Shown here piece after piece: positions 8,485 through 18,965 of a stretch of 64,000 bases of DNA. The notes beneath the pieces are model-generated. The model was not told the origin of the DNA, ran no database searches, and was given only the letters and a program-made list of their open reading frames with translations. Both the position numbers and the translations under genes were made by a program. The DNA lies in contig CBDBLX010000001.1 in assembly GCA_965207445.1 (NCBI GenBank), forward strand, positions 1 to 64,000. Reading direction: 5' to 3'. Every line of letters starts with the position of its first letter. Position 1 is the stretch's first letter. This stretch comes from Nitrosopumilus sp. Lineage in GTDB: Archaea > Thermoproteota > Nitrososphaeria > Nitrososphaerales > Nitrosopumilaceae.

Positions 8485-10875
8485 TTAATGTAATTTAGAG
8501 CGTACTAGTTGAGAGTATTTGAGTACCGCAAATGCTGGAGCACCAATATACATCCCCAAGTTAAGTAATATGATAGATACACCATATCCTAACATTTCTG
8601 CCTCAGAGTCAATCTCAGCGTAGTTTAGAAGTGAAAGTGATGACAGCATTGGTGTCAATGCTATCTGAACTATTTCTCTAAACATTGGATTTTCTCTTTC
8701 AAGATCTGCTACTGCAGGAGAGAATGTATAATAGATCTGATTGAAGCCAGACATAAATACGGTTCCAGATTCAGTTGCAAGCACAGTATTGTCTCTCAAC
8801 TCTCGGAGTTGTTGAACTTGCGGAGCAAGTTCAGAGCCAAATGCAGCAGTTGCTATGAGGCAACCACCATTTTCAGTATTGTTATTGTTTGAAGGATCTT
8901 CAATATCTGCTTTGTCATCATCAGTTTCCATTTCCATGTTTTTGTGTTCGTTCATCATTCGTTCGTGATCCTCGCGCATTGTTTTGTGATCCTCGCGCAT
9001 TGCGTTATGAGACTCAATCATCTTCTCGTGATTTGCTATCATGTCATAATCCATGTGCATATCTGAACTATCTTTCATCATATTCTCATGAGCCTTATGT
9101 TTCTCTTCATGTTCGTTCATCAACTTTTCATGTGACTTTACAATATTTTCATGTTTTTGAATCATCTTTTCATGTGCTTCCATATCCATTGATGTTCGAT
9201 CTGAGTCCATCATTTCACGATGCTCTTCCATCATTGCATTATGTTCTTTCCACATTGCATCCATCTCATTGTGTATATCTTTCATCTCATTGGACATCAT
9301 ATCTTTGGAGTGATGCTCATCATCATCTCCGTGGCCATGCTCATCATCATCTCCGTGGCCATGCTCATCATCATCTCCGTGGCCATGCTCATCATCATCT
9401 CCGTGGCCATGCTCATCATCATCTCCGTGGCCATGCTCATCATCATCTCCGTGGCCATGCTCATGACCATGCCCCATTTCATGTGGCTCACTCACAATAA
9501 ATGAAACCTTACTTGATGCCAAAGTATCATCAATGTTCGATATAGCAAGAGATGCAATTCCAGTCTTTTCAAATGTAACTGTGATAGTATCACTTCCGCC
9601 ATCTGCATCACGTCCCATCTCAGATAACAAAACCTTATCATCAAAAAGTAGTTCTAGATCATATTTTACATTAGTATTTGGATCATCAGAACCAACACGC
9701 TCAAAAACAAGTGAAATTGTTATCTCATCATTTGGATGCAACATGCCGGATGGTTTTGCTGAAATTTTAACAAAGTACTCTTCATCAACATCTCCTGTAG
9801 ATTTAACAACAACAATATCTCCAGATTCGATCGTTGCGTCATAATTTAGTTGCTTACGAGGTTCTCCTGCGCGTATATCAAAAACTAGTTTGCCAGCATA
9901 ATCAGACCCAGCATTATTTCCAAGTTCAATTAATTTATCAGTAGACAATAGATAATGTATCACAATTTCATCCTTATTGGACCGATCCACTGTACCAAAG
10001 TAATCCATCCCATTTACAGCAAGTAGTATTTCATTGTTCTCAAAGAGATCAATTGTTTTTGGTATATAGTATTCAGCATGTATAAAGGATGCAAATTCAA
10101 TGTACTCTTCAGTCCACGTAAAAGGCATATGAGCAGACACAGTACGTGTCTGTGAATCATACTCGAATTTTTCTATCTTGTCAAAGTATGTAGCAAATAC
10201 CATTTCAGTAGGAGTATCATTGATATCTACTGTAAATGATATGAACTCACCCATGCTAAACACAATCTCAAATGTGCTTGATCCTGCGATGACTGGTTGG
10301 GAATCAATAGAAATAAGTGTCGCATAGATATTAACTAACCCGCTCTCCAAAAAGACCGGGGCAGATAACTCAACAGGTGAATCAGAAGATGCAAGCCAAA
10401 CATCATCTTCATTGATATTTGTTCCTGACACTCTTTGTTCACCTTCAATCGGCATCAGCATTATAACAAGTTCTTCATCAGGTGAATACACATCAACATC
10501 TGCAAGTGTGACACCGACTTGTTCATTGACAAATTTGAGATTATACTCTACATCAGAAACAGCGCTGCTAGTTCCATCTGCCCCTTCACGCATTAATGAT
10601 AACATTACCATTACTCTCTCCTCACCACCATCGCTTAATATGGAAGGATCTGTTTTTATATTCATATAATAATAGTCATCACCTATCAATAAGAGATCAC
10701 TACCAGCAGAGCCTGAACCGCCAGCATATGCAACTTCAATATCACCGTACATTAATGAAATGGATAACAAAGCAATACCAATAGTCACAGCAGACAACAT
10801 TATCATCGAATTTTGTCTAGCATGTAGTGTTTTTACACGTAATTTTTGTGGATGCATACTGTTACTCTTGTTCAT
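8485..10875 (-). CDS. Exported CFI-box-CTERM protein with His-rich and Met/His-rich (putative metal-binding) segments
   Basis: Signal/TM; TYFD...HAEYYIP domain; (HGHGDDDE)6; ~130-aa M/H/E/K-rich helical region; CFI-box C-terminus. Confidence 0.88.
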   Translation of the reverse strand: MNKSNSMHPQKLRVKTLHARQNSMIMLSAVTIGIALLSISLMYGDIEVAYAGGSGSAGSDLLLIGDDYYYMNIKTDPSILSDGGEERVMVMLSLMREGADGTSSAVSDVEYNLKFVNEQVGVTLADVDVYSPDEELVIMLMPIEGEQRVSGTNINEDDVWLASSDSPVELSAPVFLESGLVNIYATLISIDSQPVIAGSSTFEIVFSMGEFISFTVDINDTPTEMVFATYFDKIEKFEYDSQTRTVSAHMPFTWTEEYIEFASFIHAEYYIPKTIDLFENNEILLAVNGMDYFGTVDRSNKDEIVIHYLLSTDKLIELGNNAGSDYAGKLVFDIRAGEPRKQLNYDATIESGDIVVVKSTGDVDEEYFVKISAKPSGMLHPNDEITISLVFERVGSDDPNTNVKYDLELLFDDKVLLSEMGRDADGGSDTITVTFEKTGIASLAISNIDDTLASSKVSFIVSEPHEMGHGHEHGHGDDDEHGHGDDDEHGHGDDDEHGHGDDDEHGHGDDDEHGHGDDDEHHSKDMMSNEMKDIHNEMDAMWKEHNAMMEEHREMMDSDRTSMDMEAHEKMIQKHENIVKSHEKLMNEHEEKHKAHENMMKDSSDMHMDYDMIANHEKMIESHNAMREDHKTMREDHERMMNEHKNMEMETDDDKADIEDPSNNNNTENGGCLIATAAFGSELAPQVQQLRELRDNTVLATESGTVFMSGFNQIYYTFSPAVADLERENPMFREIVQIALTPMLSSLSLLNYAEIDSEAEMLGYGVSIILLNLGMYIGAPAFAVLKYSQLVRSKLH
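9313..9463. repeat. 24-bp coding tandem repeat x6 (HGHGDDDE)
   Basis: ATGCTCATCATCATCTCCGTGGCC repeated. Confidence 0.95.
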
Positions 10876-10881
10876 AATTCA

Positions 10882-12696
10882 TCACTCCTGTAAATGAGCC
10901 TCAACATAAACCTCAGAGTTATCACCAAGTATGAGTCTAGAATCTACTACAAGCGCTTTATCCACAATTTTTAATTGATCTGCCGTTGTATATGGTTTCG
11001 GAAGTGTAATATCATCATAAGAAATGTAGATGGTGTCACCAGGAGATACACGTAGTCTATCTTGGTTGTGCGATATGTCAGTAGTCGTCATGATAAATTC
11101 ACCTGACAGATAGTTATAGTGGTGTGGGTGTTCATATCCTTCTAAATATTTTGGGATATTACCTTTCTCAAATGTACTATGTCTTGGTACAACCTCTTTA
11201 ATTACAGCCTCTGGAGCTACTTGAAATGAAAAGTTGACTTGTTGGGATACATCATTAAAGATATCTTTTATTATTATACGAACAGAACCACGTTCATCAA
11301 AACGTATAGGTTCAAGTCCTTGACCATCTGTAAAGAAACGATCCTTACGAGTCTCTACAAGTTCACCATTTAGGTAGATCTCCATTGTATATGAAAGTCC
11401 CATTTCGTGTACATCTGTCATACCGTCGTGGGCCATGAGATTAATTAGGTAATCTTGGTCAACACCAAGCAGTCCTCCTGGTTCCCACCAAAAGTAGACT
11501 TTCCATCTACCATCCTCAGTGTATTTTGTAAGTGAGCTTGCAGCGGGCTCTGTAAGATGCATATTGCTAAAACCATCTTGAACGGTTGCATGTTCCATAT
11601 TAGGTGTAAACTGAACACCTACGTAGATTCCTGCCCTGTCCGAATCAGAGTAAACGTTTACGTAATTAGTATGAAATTCTGAATGATGTATCCATAAATC
11701 AGCATCTCGTAGATGAAACTTGACTTTTTCATCTACAGTGTACGAAGGTTTGTCAAACATAATTTCACCTATCTGCCATACATATGATGCAGATCTTTGG
11801 ATTATCACATCTTCGTTTGGTTCCCATGTCACTGTAATTCCTCCACCTTGAGGTTCTGTTGCTATTAGCACTGCGCGATCATGTGATGAGATCTCTGATC
11901 CTGTAGATCTTTCTTGATGGGTGGTGTGTCCAGAGTGGGCATCAGCAGTATTGTCAGCTTGCATGTGTCCAGAGTGGGCATCAGCAGTATTGTCAGCTTG
12001 CATGTGTCCAGAGTGGGCATCAGCAGTATTGTCAGCTTGCATGTGTCCAGAGTGGGCATCAGCAGTATTGTCAGCTTGCATGTGTCCAGAGTGGGCATCA
12101 GCAGTATTGTCAGCTTGCATGTGTCCAGAGTGGGCATCAGCAGTATTGTCAGCTTGCATGTCTTGAGTTGTATCATGAGCCGTATGTCCTCCATGGCCTG
12201 TATGACCATGTGCCGGGGCGCCATTTTCAGTAGAACCAGTGACGCCATGACTAAAAATGGTGCTATAATAAGTATCATGAACTAGATGGCCAGGTGCTCC
12301 AGTCATCTTGACTACACCCATAAAAATACCAGTGTCAGGTCCTGTTTCAGAGAAATCTACCTCCGTAACACGATTTGAACCTGTAGATACCGTAATAGGA
12401 TTGGTAGATGTACCAATCACATCGATCTTGTTAGAATCTTCATTCCAACCAGGAGCATATATTAGTACATTTATTCGATCAGTCCATCCTAACCCTTCAT
12501 ACCGTTCCTTACAATCCTGAAGTGTAAACGCTTCATTAATACAAAATTTCATTATAACGCCTGTAGTTTTTTTAACGACTGTAAAACCTGTGTCTGCAAG
12601 TGCAGATTGAAATACTGTAGAAGACATGGCAAAGCCAGTCAACATAGTGCCAATAAGGATACTTGTGAATATGACAACAGTACGTCTGTTTTGCAT
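10882..12696 (-). CDS. Exported His-rich hypothetical protein with 13-aa repeats
   Basis: Signal peptide ending ALA; ETGPDTGIF motif; (MQADNTADAHSGH)6. ATG 12696 is preferred over TTG 12717 because a TTTTAAG box lies ~25 nt upstream. Confidence 0.82.
   Translation of the reverse strand: MQNRRTVVIFTSILIGTMLTGFAMSSTVFQSALADTGFTVVKKTTGVIMKFCINEAFTLQDCKERYEGLGWTDRINVLIYAPGWNEDSNKIDVIGTSTNPITVSTGSNRVTEVDFSETGPDTGIFMGVVKMTGAPGHLVHDTYYSTIFSHGVTGSTENGAPAHGHTGHGGHTAHDTTQDMQADNTADAHSGHMQADNTADAHSGHMQADNTADAHSGHMQADNTADAHSGHMQADNTADAHSGHMQADNTADAHSGHTTHQERSTGSEISSHDRAVLIATEPQGGGITVTWEPNEDVIIQRSASYVWQIGEIMFDKPSYTVDEKVKFHLRDADLWIHHSEFHTNYVNVYSDSDRAGIYVGVQFTPNMEHATVQDGFSNMHLTEPAASSLTKYTEDGRWKVYFWWEPGGLLGVDQDYLINLMAHDGMTDVHEMGLSYTMEIYLNGELVETRKDRFFTDGQGLEPIRFDERGSVRIIIKDIFNDVSQQVNFSFQVAPEAVIKEVVPRHSTFEKGNIPKYLEGYEHPHHYNYLSGEFIMTTTDISHNQDRLRVSPGDTIYISYDDITLPKPYTTADQLKIVDKALVVDSRLILGDNSEVYVEAHLQE
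11926..12159. repeat. 39-bp coding tandem repeat x6
   Basis: GTGTCCAGAGTGGGCATCAGCAGTATTGTCAGCTTGCAT repeated six times. Confidence 0.97.
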
Positions 12697-12796
12697 ACAT
12701 AAAAAAAGTATTTGCAACTTAAAAGCAATATGGTATATTTGCTAAATGTACCAATGGATTATTTTTTAATAATGCAAAAAAATCACACAGCAGACA

Positions 12797-14218
12797 ATGT
12801 TCAATACAATAACTACTACAAGTGTGATTTTTTCTGTTTTGTTTTTAATACATATGTTTGCTGTAGAGGCACAAGCAGATAACATAGACATTGATTACTT
12901 GATAACAGAGCCAGCAGTAAAATGGATCAACGGTGACATCACAGACAGTGAGTTCTGGAGAGCACTTTCAACCATGCTAGTAGAATACAACGCATCTGAC
13001 TCAAACACAGGCAACATGTCAAGTACATCATCAGTTTCATCGCTTGGATCACCACTACCGTTACCATCAGACGCAATAATCATAACTGAACAAGTACGTA
13101 CATGGATTGAAGATAGAACAATATGGTGGCTAGAAGGTAGGATCACAGACAGACAATTTTTAGATGCAGTGTATCAACTAGATGATGCAGGATATTTAGA
13201 CGATCAACGGAGTGTACCAAATGGGTCAACAGATATTGTGTCATTAGAAGGAATACTTCCTACTGAAAAAGAAATCGATGCAATAACAAAAAAATCAATA
13301 TGGAGATTTGTAAAAACAGAGCATAATTTTGATGAGACAAGTGGAGTAAAAAGCTCTATTCGTATTCTTATGAAAGATATCAACAGAGTGTACGATCCCA
13401 TATATGGCCAATATAAAATACCCACAATGTCAATGCAAATTTCACAGTTGACAAATACAACAAGTGTAAATGATTATTGGATGAGTTACATAAACCAGAC
13501 GAACCAAGAGATTCTAGCGTCATCGGATATGATAGGCCACATAGATGATAATTTTGAGTGCATCTTCAAATATACTGACACAGGTGCAGTTACAATCTGT
13601 ACACTAGATAAAATAATAATACAAGTTATTATATTTGATATGTATAATGAACATTATTTATACAAAATGTCAAACATTGAAATTGACAAAACAGAACCTA
13701 CAACATACATAATGAATAGAATAATTAAAAAAATAAATATTTTAATGGGTAATAATATAAACTCAATTCCAAAATTGCACAATATATTGGAAAAAAACAG
13801 ACCATTGTATGACAATGATACACAAAATGAGACAAGTGTATTATCAAGTAATATAACAATCGAAAACAAAACTAGCCAAGACGCATTTATTGATCACATC
13901 ATAAACAAAACAGACACAGTAAATAACACAAATTCACAAGAGCATTTCACAGATTTAGAAAGAACATCCATCTACGGAGTGACTGGTCTACTTTGCATGC
14001 GAGATGACTTTGGAGTTGTGACTATTACTGGCCAATACACCAACAACCACACACCAAAAGTAAAAATCGACGTGGAAATTTCATTTGTAGATTGGAGTGG
14101 CAATATTATAGGTGAGACAATCATATCTTTTACCAAAATAGACGAATTTGAGACAAGGATGTTTCTTGGACATGTAAAATGGGACAAAAATTTTGCCACA
14201 TGTCAAATCTCCAACTAG
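12797..14218 (+). CDS. Exported hypothetical protein with degenerate WW surface repeats
   Basis: Signal peptide; KWINGDITDSEF and WIEDRTIWWLEGRITDRQFLDAVYQL. Confidence 0.75.
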   Translation: MFNTITTTSVIFSVLFLIHMFAVEAQADNIDIDYLITEPAVKWINGDITDSEFWRALSTMLVEYNASDSNTGNMSSTSSVSSLGSPLPLPSDAIIITEQVRTWIEDRTIWWLEGRITDRQFLDAVYQLDDAGYLDDQRSVPNGSTDIVSLEGILPTEKEIDAITKKSIWRFVKTEHNFDETSGVKSSIRILMKDINRVYDPIYGQYKIPTMSMQISQLTNTTSVNDYWMSYINQTNQEILASSDMIGHIDDNFECIFKYTDTGAVTICTLDKIIIQVIIFDMYNEHYLYKMSNIEIDKTEPTTYIMNRIIKKINILMGNNINSIPKLHNILEKNRPLYDNDTQNETSVLSSNITIENKTSQDAFIDHIINKTDTVNNTNSQEHFTDLERTSIYGVTGLLCMRDDFGVVTITGQYTNNHTPKVKIDVEISFVDWSGNIIGETIISFTKIDEFETRMFLGHVKWDKNFATCQISN

Positions 14219-15741
14219 TTGATAACATCTGAGAATGAATCTAGTACATCTACAAATGCATCAAAGTCTGGTGCATACTTGGCATACTCTACACTACCAC
14301 ACACAATCAACCACGTTTTAACAGACAGATATTCTTTGGAATCAGATGGTACATGCTGTTGCATATGTCTGAGTAACTCTTCATTTGTAAGCTGTCCTTG
14401 CTGCTGCAAATTAAAACGGTGTGAGTAAAACAAACGTATTGCCTGCCCGAGCATCTCATATGCCTCCTTGTAGTATCCTTTGGTGTAATTACTCTGTGCA
14501 TTAGATAACATTTCATGAATCACATTCTTGTTATAATTAGAGGGTTGTATAGAAACAACACTAGTCGTCAATAATTGAGTATCTACAACGGTGTGCCGCT
14601 GTTTTGCGTTTCTCCACATTATATATCCAAAAAATACTAAACCAATAGTTACTGATAAGAGAGCAACTGTTACAACATCATGCACACTGTTTATGTTTTG
14701 GAACAACGTCACATATGCGAGAGTACTCGGTGGTTGCACTTGTGGTTTTTCATAATTATACATCTCAACTGCCATACGAACACGTCCGGCATCCTCAAAT
14801 TTGCTCGGCATAAATTCAATATCATCAAATAGATCATCTATGATATCCGGTTGGGGTTTTGTCTCAACTAGCGGGTCAGTTGAAACAGACAAGGGTTCAG
14901 GTAAAGGTGGTGTTAATGTGTACAAATTAGGCTCTGCTACTAAAAACTGCCCCGAGGGTGCAAATAATTCATTTATAACATCCATGTTTTGCTTTGATAG
15001 TGAATCCTCTATCTTTGATTTCAATTCTAGATCATCAAACACTCTATGATTAGATGAGTACACACGAAGGTCACCTGCACCTTTTCCGGCAGATGTGGCA
15101 TCAGCAAGTAGAGCACGCCCAAGTGTAAATTCCATAGGTGAAAATATCTCATTTGGTATTGCATATAGGTTATCTAATGAATAGCCACGTTCTAATACAA
15201 AAAGTTCTAAATTAGAATTCTTATTATAATCATAAACTGAGCCATCTATAAAATATGTCTGTTTCCCAAGTGGATCTAAAAGAGATTCTGCAATCTCAAT
15301 ATACCCATCTGAAAATCTATCATAGTATTTGATCTTGTGACGGAAATTATCAGATTGTGTTGCTTGTTGGTCAATTATAACCTGATTTAGTATCTGCCCT
15401 TCCTCAGAAAATATAGATATTTTATAGTCTCCAATTCCATACTGGTTTCCAGTGACAAAACTGTCGTATTTGAAATCAGAGTCAATAGTTGTTTGCGCTT
15501 CTTGTGATGAAGGTACTTGTTCTAAATGCGTCTCTTCAATTACTACAATTATGTTATCTTTAGAAATATCCTCTGATGAAACATCTTCGGCCACATCGGA
15601 TTGTCCCTGAATCGTCCAACGTACCAATAGTTCATCTACTGTTTGTGCATGAGCCTCAAAGGATACAAACCCAAATAATATAATTACATATAATATAAAA
15701 CATATATGATATTTAGAGCCAGACACATACAACATCAGCAT
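14215..15741 (-). CDS. Exported single-TM hypothetical protein (BatD/DUF4129-like C-terminus)
   Basis: Signal peptide, late TM helix, then AYEMLGQAIRLFY...LTNEELL...VEYAKY; divergent from the moxR operon. Confidence 0.65.
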   Translation of the reverse strand: MLMLYVSGSKYHICFILYVIILFGFVSFEAHAQTVDELLVRWTIQGQSDVAEDVSSEDISKDNIIVVIEETHLEQVPSSQEAQTTIDSDFKYDSFVTGNQYGIGDYKISIFSEEGQILNQVIIDQQATQSDNFRHKIKYYDRFSDGYIEIAESLLDPLGKQTYFIDGSVYDYNKNSNLELFVLERGYSLDNLYAIPNEIFSPMEFTLGRALLADATSAGKGAGDLRVYSSNHRVFDDLELKSKIEDSLSKQNMDVINELFAPSGQFLVAEPNLYTLTPPLPEPLSVSTDPLVETKPQPDIIDDLFDDIEFMPSKFEDAGRVRMAVEMYNYEKPQVQPPSTLAYVTLFQNINSVHDVVTVALLSVTIGLVFFGYIMWRNAKQRHTVVDTQLLTTSVVSIQPSNYNKNVIHEMLSNAQSNYTKGYYKEAYEMLGQAIRLFYSHRFNLQQQGQLTNEELLRHMQQHVPSDSKEYLSVKTWLIVCGSVEYAKYAPDFDAFVDVLDSFSDVIN

Positions 15742-15828
15742 TTATTGTACACTTTCTTTTAATTTCATTGTTGGTACATTTTCAAAATATACCACTGATT
15801 TAAAAAACGCTTTTTGGTTTTATACCAT

Positions 15829-16854
15829 ATGCAAAGATTTCCAATAAATTACTCCACATCAGATGACAAGATAAAGGTCTTAAATAAACATGCACAATCA
15901 TATAGTGACACGCTACAAAAGATACTAGATGAGGCTCACAAAAAGATTATCGGTCAACATTATGCATTAGAGAGAATGTTAATTGGTATCATAAGTGACG
16001 GGCACGTACTTGTAGAGAGTGTTCCAGGCCTTGCAAAAACACTCATGATAAAGACAATGGCTCAAGTATTTGGAAGTGATAGTGTTAGAATACAGTTTAC
16101 GCCAGATCTACTGCCAGCAGATATTATAGGAACTAAAATCTACGATAACACTACACAAACATTTGTGACACAAAAGGGACCAATTTTTCACAACTTTGTA
16201 CTAGCAGATGAGATAAACCGAGCACCTCCAAAAGTTCAATCTGCGCTATTAGAAGCAATGCAAGAACGACAAGTCAGTATACATGGTGATACACACAAGT
16301 TAGACGTACCATTTTTGGTATTTGCAACACAAAATCCTATAGAAAGTGATGGTACGTATAGATTACCCGAAGCACAGATAGATAGGTTTTCGATCAAAAT
16401 TACCGTCACGTATCCAACAAAGAACGAAGAGATTAAAATCACAAAAAATAACAACGATAACACCACACACAATACTCAACCCGTTGCAGTGTCAAGCACA
16501 AAAGAGATCCAAGAGATGCAAAAATTTTGTGAGGAAATCTATGTAGATGAATTAATTCTTGATTATATTACTGACATTGTACATGCAACTAGAAACCCAC
16601 TCAAATACGATATTAAAGAGATGACAGATATGATCGAGTATGGTGCATCTCCAAGGGCATCGATCTGGCTTGTAAAAACTGCAAAGGCGCATGCTTTGTT
16701 ACGAGGTAGGGGATTTGTAATAACAGATGATGTAAAAGCACTAGCCAATGATGTGTTGCGGCATAGAATAATACCCACCTTTGAGGCAGAAACCCAAGGA
16801 AAGACACCAGATACGATAATATCTGAGATATTAGAAAAGATCAATGCGCCATAA
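15829..16854 (+). CDS. moxR: MoxR-family AAA+ ATPase
   Basis: HVLVESVPGLAKT Walker A, RIQFTPDLLPAD, LADEINRAPPKVQSALLEAM, ATQNPIE. Confidence 0.95.
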   Translation: MQRFPINYSTSDDKIKVLNKHAQSYSDTLQKILDEAHKKIIGQHYALERMLIGIISDGHVLVESVPGLAKTLMIKTMAQVFGSDSVRIQFTPDLLPADIIGTKIYDNTTQTFVTQKGPIFHNFVLADEINRAPPKVQSALLEAMQERQVSIHGDTHKLDVPFLVFATQNPIESDGTYRLPEAQIDRFSIKITVTYPTKNEEIKITKNNNDNTTHNTQPVAVSSTKEIQEMQKFCEEIYVDELILDYITDIVHATRNPLKYDIKEMTDMIEYGASPRASIWLVKTAKAHALLRGRGFVITDDVKALANDVLRHRIIPTFEAETQGKTPDTIISEILEKINAP

Positions 16855-16883
16855 ATTGCAAATATGATGACTAAGTAGGAGAC

Positions 16884-17843
16884 ATGGCAACTAACTACAA
16901 TAGAATTGCAATGAACGCAGACATAGCGCAACACATACAGAACCGCGCAAAAAAATTAAACGTTGAAGCGTGGCAATCAACTCGCAAAAACACGCATGAC
17001 GAATATTCCTTAAAACATAGTCACACAAAAACAAACAATGGAATAGAGTTCTCAAAAGTACGCGAGTATACAGCAGGGGATGACCCACGATATATCGACT
17101 GGAACGTCTCTGCAAAATACAACAAATTATACGTAAAAGAGTTTACAGAGGAAAATGATGCTAGTATCTATGTGGTGATCGATTCATCAAGCAGTACAAT
17201 ATTTGGCAGTGGTCAAGAAAGTAAAAGTGACAAGATACGTGATATTGGCATGTCACTTGTTTTATCTGCTACCTTGCACAAAAACTCTAAAGGTGTCGGA
17301 TTTGGCGCATTCTCAGATAGTCTTGAGATGTTCATATTGGCAAAAAAAGGCAAGCAACACACAATGAATATTATACGCAACATACTACAGTATAAATCAC
17401 AATTACATAGCAGCAGGAGAACCAATCTAGTAGCATCAATATCACAACTTGCAAGTAAAATAAAACACAAAAGTATAATATTTTTAATATCTGATTATAT
17501 TATAATGGAGCCGTTTGCAGAAAAGATCAGACTGTTAAGTAGATCACATATAGTGGTAATGATACATGTCACAGACAAACATGAGATTATAATGCCCGAT
17601 ATTGGATATGCATATTTAGAGGATATAGAGACTGGACAACAGATTCTTGTTGATACATCCAAAAAAGAATTTCAAAATGCATATATCAAGATGGCAAAAG
17701 GCATGGCAAGTGACATCAAAAGACAAGCACTAGCCGGAAATGCTACATATATGAATATAACAGATGAGGAGCCATACAATATTACGTTTAATAGACATGC
17801 TAGTAAGATAAGCAGACGGCATGCAGATAAGGTAAAGGTGTAA
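16884..17843 (+). CDS. DUF58-domain protein
   Basis: GIEFSKVREYTAGDDPRYIDWNVSA, VIDSSSS, LISD; follows moxR. Confidence 0.92.
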   Translation: MATNYNRIAMNADIAQHIQNRAKKLNVEAWQSTRKNTHDEYSLKHSHTKTNNGIEFSKVREYTAGDDPRYIDWNVSAKYNKLYVKEFTEENDASIYVVIDSSSSTIFGSGQESKSDKIRDIGMSLVLSATLHKNSKGVGFGAFSDSLEMFILAKKGKQHTMNIIRNILQYKSQLHSSRRTNLVASISQLASKIKHKSIIFLISDYIIMEPFAEKIRLLSRSHIVVMIHVTDKHEIIMPDIGYAYLEDIETGQQILVDTSKKEFQNAYIKMAKGMASDIKRQALAGNATYMNITDEEPYNITFNRHASKISRRHADKVKV

Positions 17844-17847
17844 GACA

Positions 17848-18807
17848 ATGCAGTTTGAGCAAACACAAGCCTTGCTTTTGTTACTTGTAATACCTGCCAT
17901 GTATGCACTGTATGCAAGGTATACATCTAAAAAAAAGGATACCATTTTGAAGTTCAGTTCACTTTACATAGTTTCAAAGGCCGTCACAGAAAAGAGTAGT
18001 TTTGCACGCAGACATTTACCATTTATACTCTTAATGATCGGAATAGGCACAACAGTACTAGCGCTAGCAGATTTACAGATTCCAGATATACAAGTAAAGG
18101 CAATAGATGCCAAAGGAAGAAACATCAGTATCGTATTAGATGGTTCTGAGAGTATGGCGGCTACTGACTACAAACCAACTAGACTCGATGCGGCAAAACA
18201 ATCCATCTCTAGGTTAATTCAGACATCAGATGAGCGTGACTATATAGGAGTTGTATTATTTGAGACAGGTGCGACAACTGTATCATATCTCACACATGAC
18301 AAACAAAAGACAACAAAAGCAGTAATGTCAATTGACCAGAGTAGTGGTGCTACAGCTATCGGAGATGGACTGTCACTAGGAATTGATATGGTGTTATCTA
18401 TTCCCGATCGAGACAAGACAATCATTCTGCTCAGTGATGGAGTGCATAACTCTGGACAGATAACACCTCAAGAAGCAATCTCATATGCACGTGCAACAAA
18501 TGTCACAATACACACAGTGGCAATGGGCTCAGTTGAGCAAGTTTTTATAAAAAATGATGTTTTTGGAGAGCCACAATACGCAGAGTTAGATGAGAGTACA
18601 CTGAAAAATATTGCAACCATGACAAACGGTACTTTTTCAAAAACACTTGATGAAAGCATGCTTGATGTAGTATTTGCAGACATACAGACAGAGTTAGAAT
18701 ATGATATACAATATCAGAGTATAAGTGAGTGGTTTGTTGTAGCATCACTTGTACTGTTAGTGGCCACTGCATATGTCATATATGGCAGATATAGAATTGT
18801 GGCTTGA
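17848..18807 (+). CDS. VWA-domain membrane protein (BatA-like)
   Basis: N-terminal TMs; MIDAS DGSESM...TAIGD...LLSDG; C-terminal TM. Confidence 0.92.
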   Translation: MQFEQTQALLLLLVIPAMYALYARYTSKKKDTILKFSSLYIVSKAVTEKSSFARRHLPFILLMIGIGTTVLALADLQIPDIQVKAIDAKGRNISIVLDGSESMAATDYKPTRLDAAKQSISRLIQTSDERDYIGVVLFETGATTVSYLTHDKQKTTKAVMSIDQSSGATAIGDGLSLGIDMVLSIPDRDKTIILLSDGVHNSGQITPQEAISYARATNVTIHTVAMGSVEQVFIKNDVFGEPQYAELDESTLKNIATMTNGTFSKTLDESMLDVVFADIQTELEYDIQYQSISEWFVVASLVLLVATAYVIYGRYRIVA

Positions 18808-18965
18808 TTAGGATATAGTTGCAAACATCAGCAGTTACAATTGTACATTGAATCAACACTCATTGCAAATGCAAACATACACAAGTTAGAACGTGCAAGA
18901 ACTAGTATACTTGAGTATTTGTAAATATGGGCCAGTATGGACCAGGATAAATTTCACAGCAATCT

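Noticed and set aside
803..12285. Alternative-frame and antisense ORFs over the coding repeats (803..1129, 8889..9500, 9220..9504, 11865..12278, 11914..12285)
   Set aside because: Open only because the repeat units lack stops; they overlap well-supported genes.
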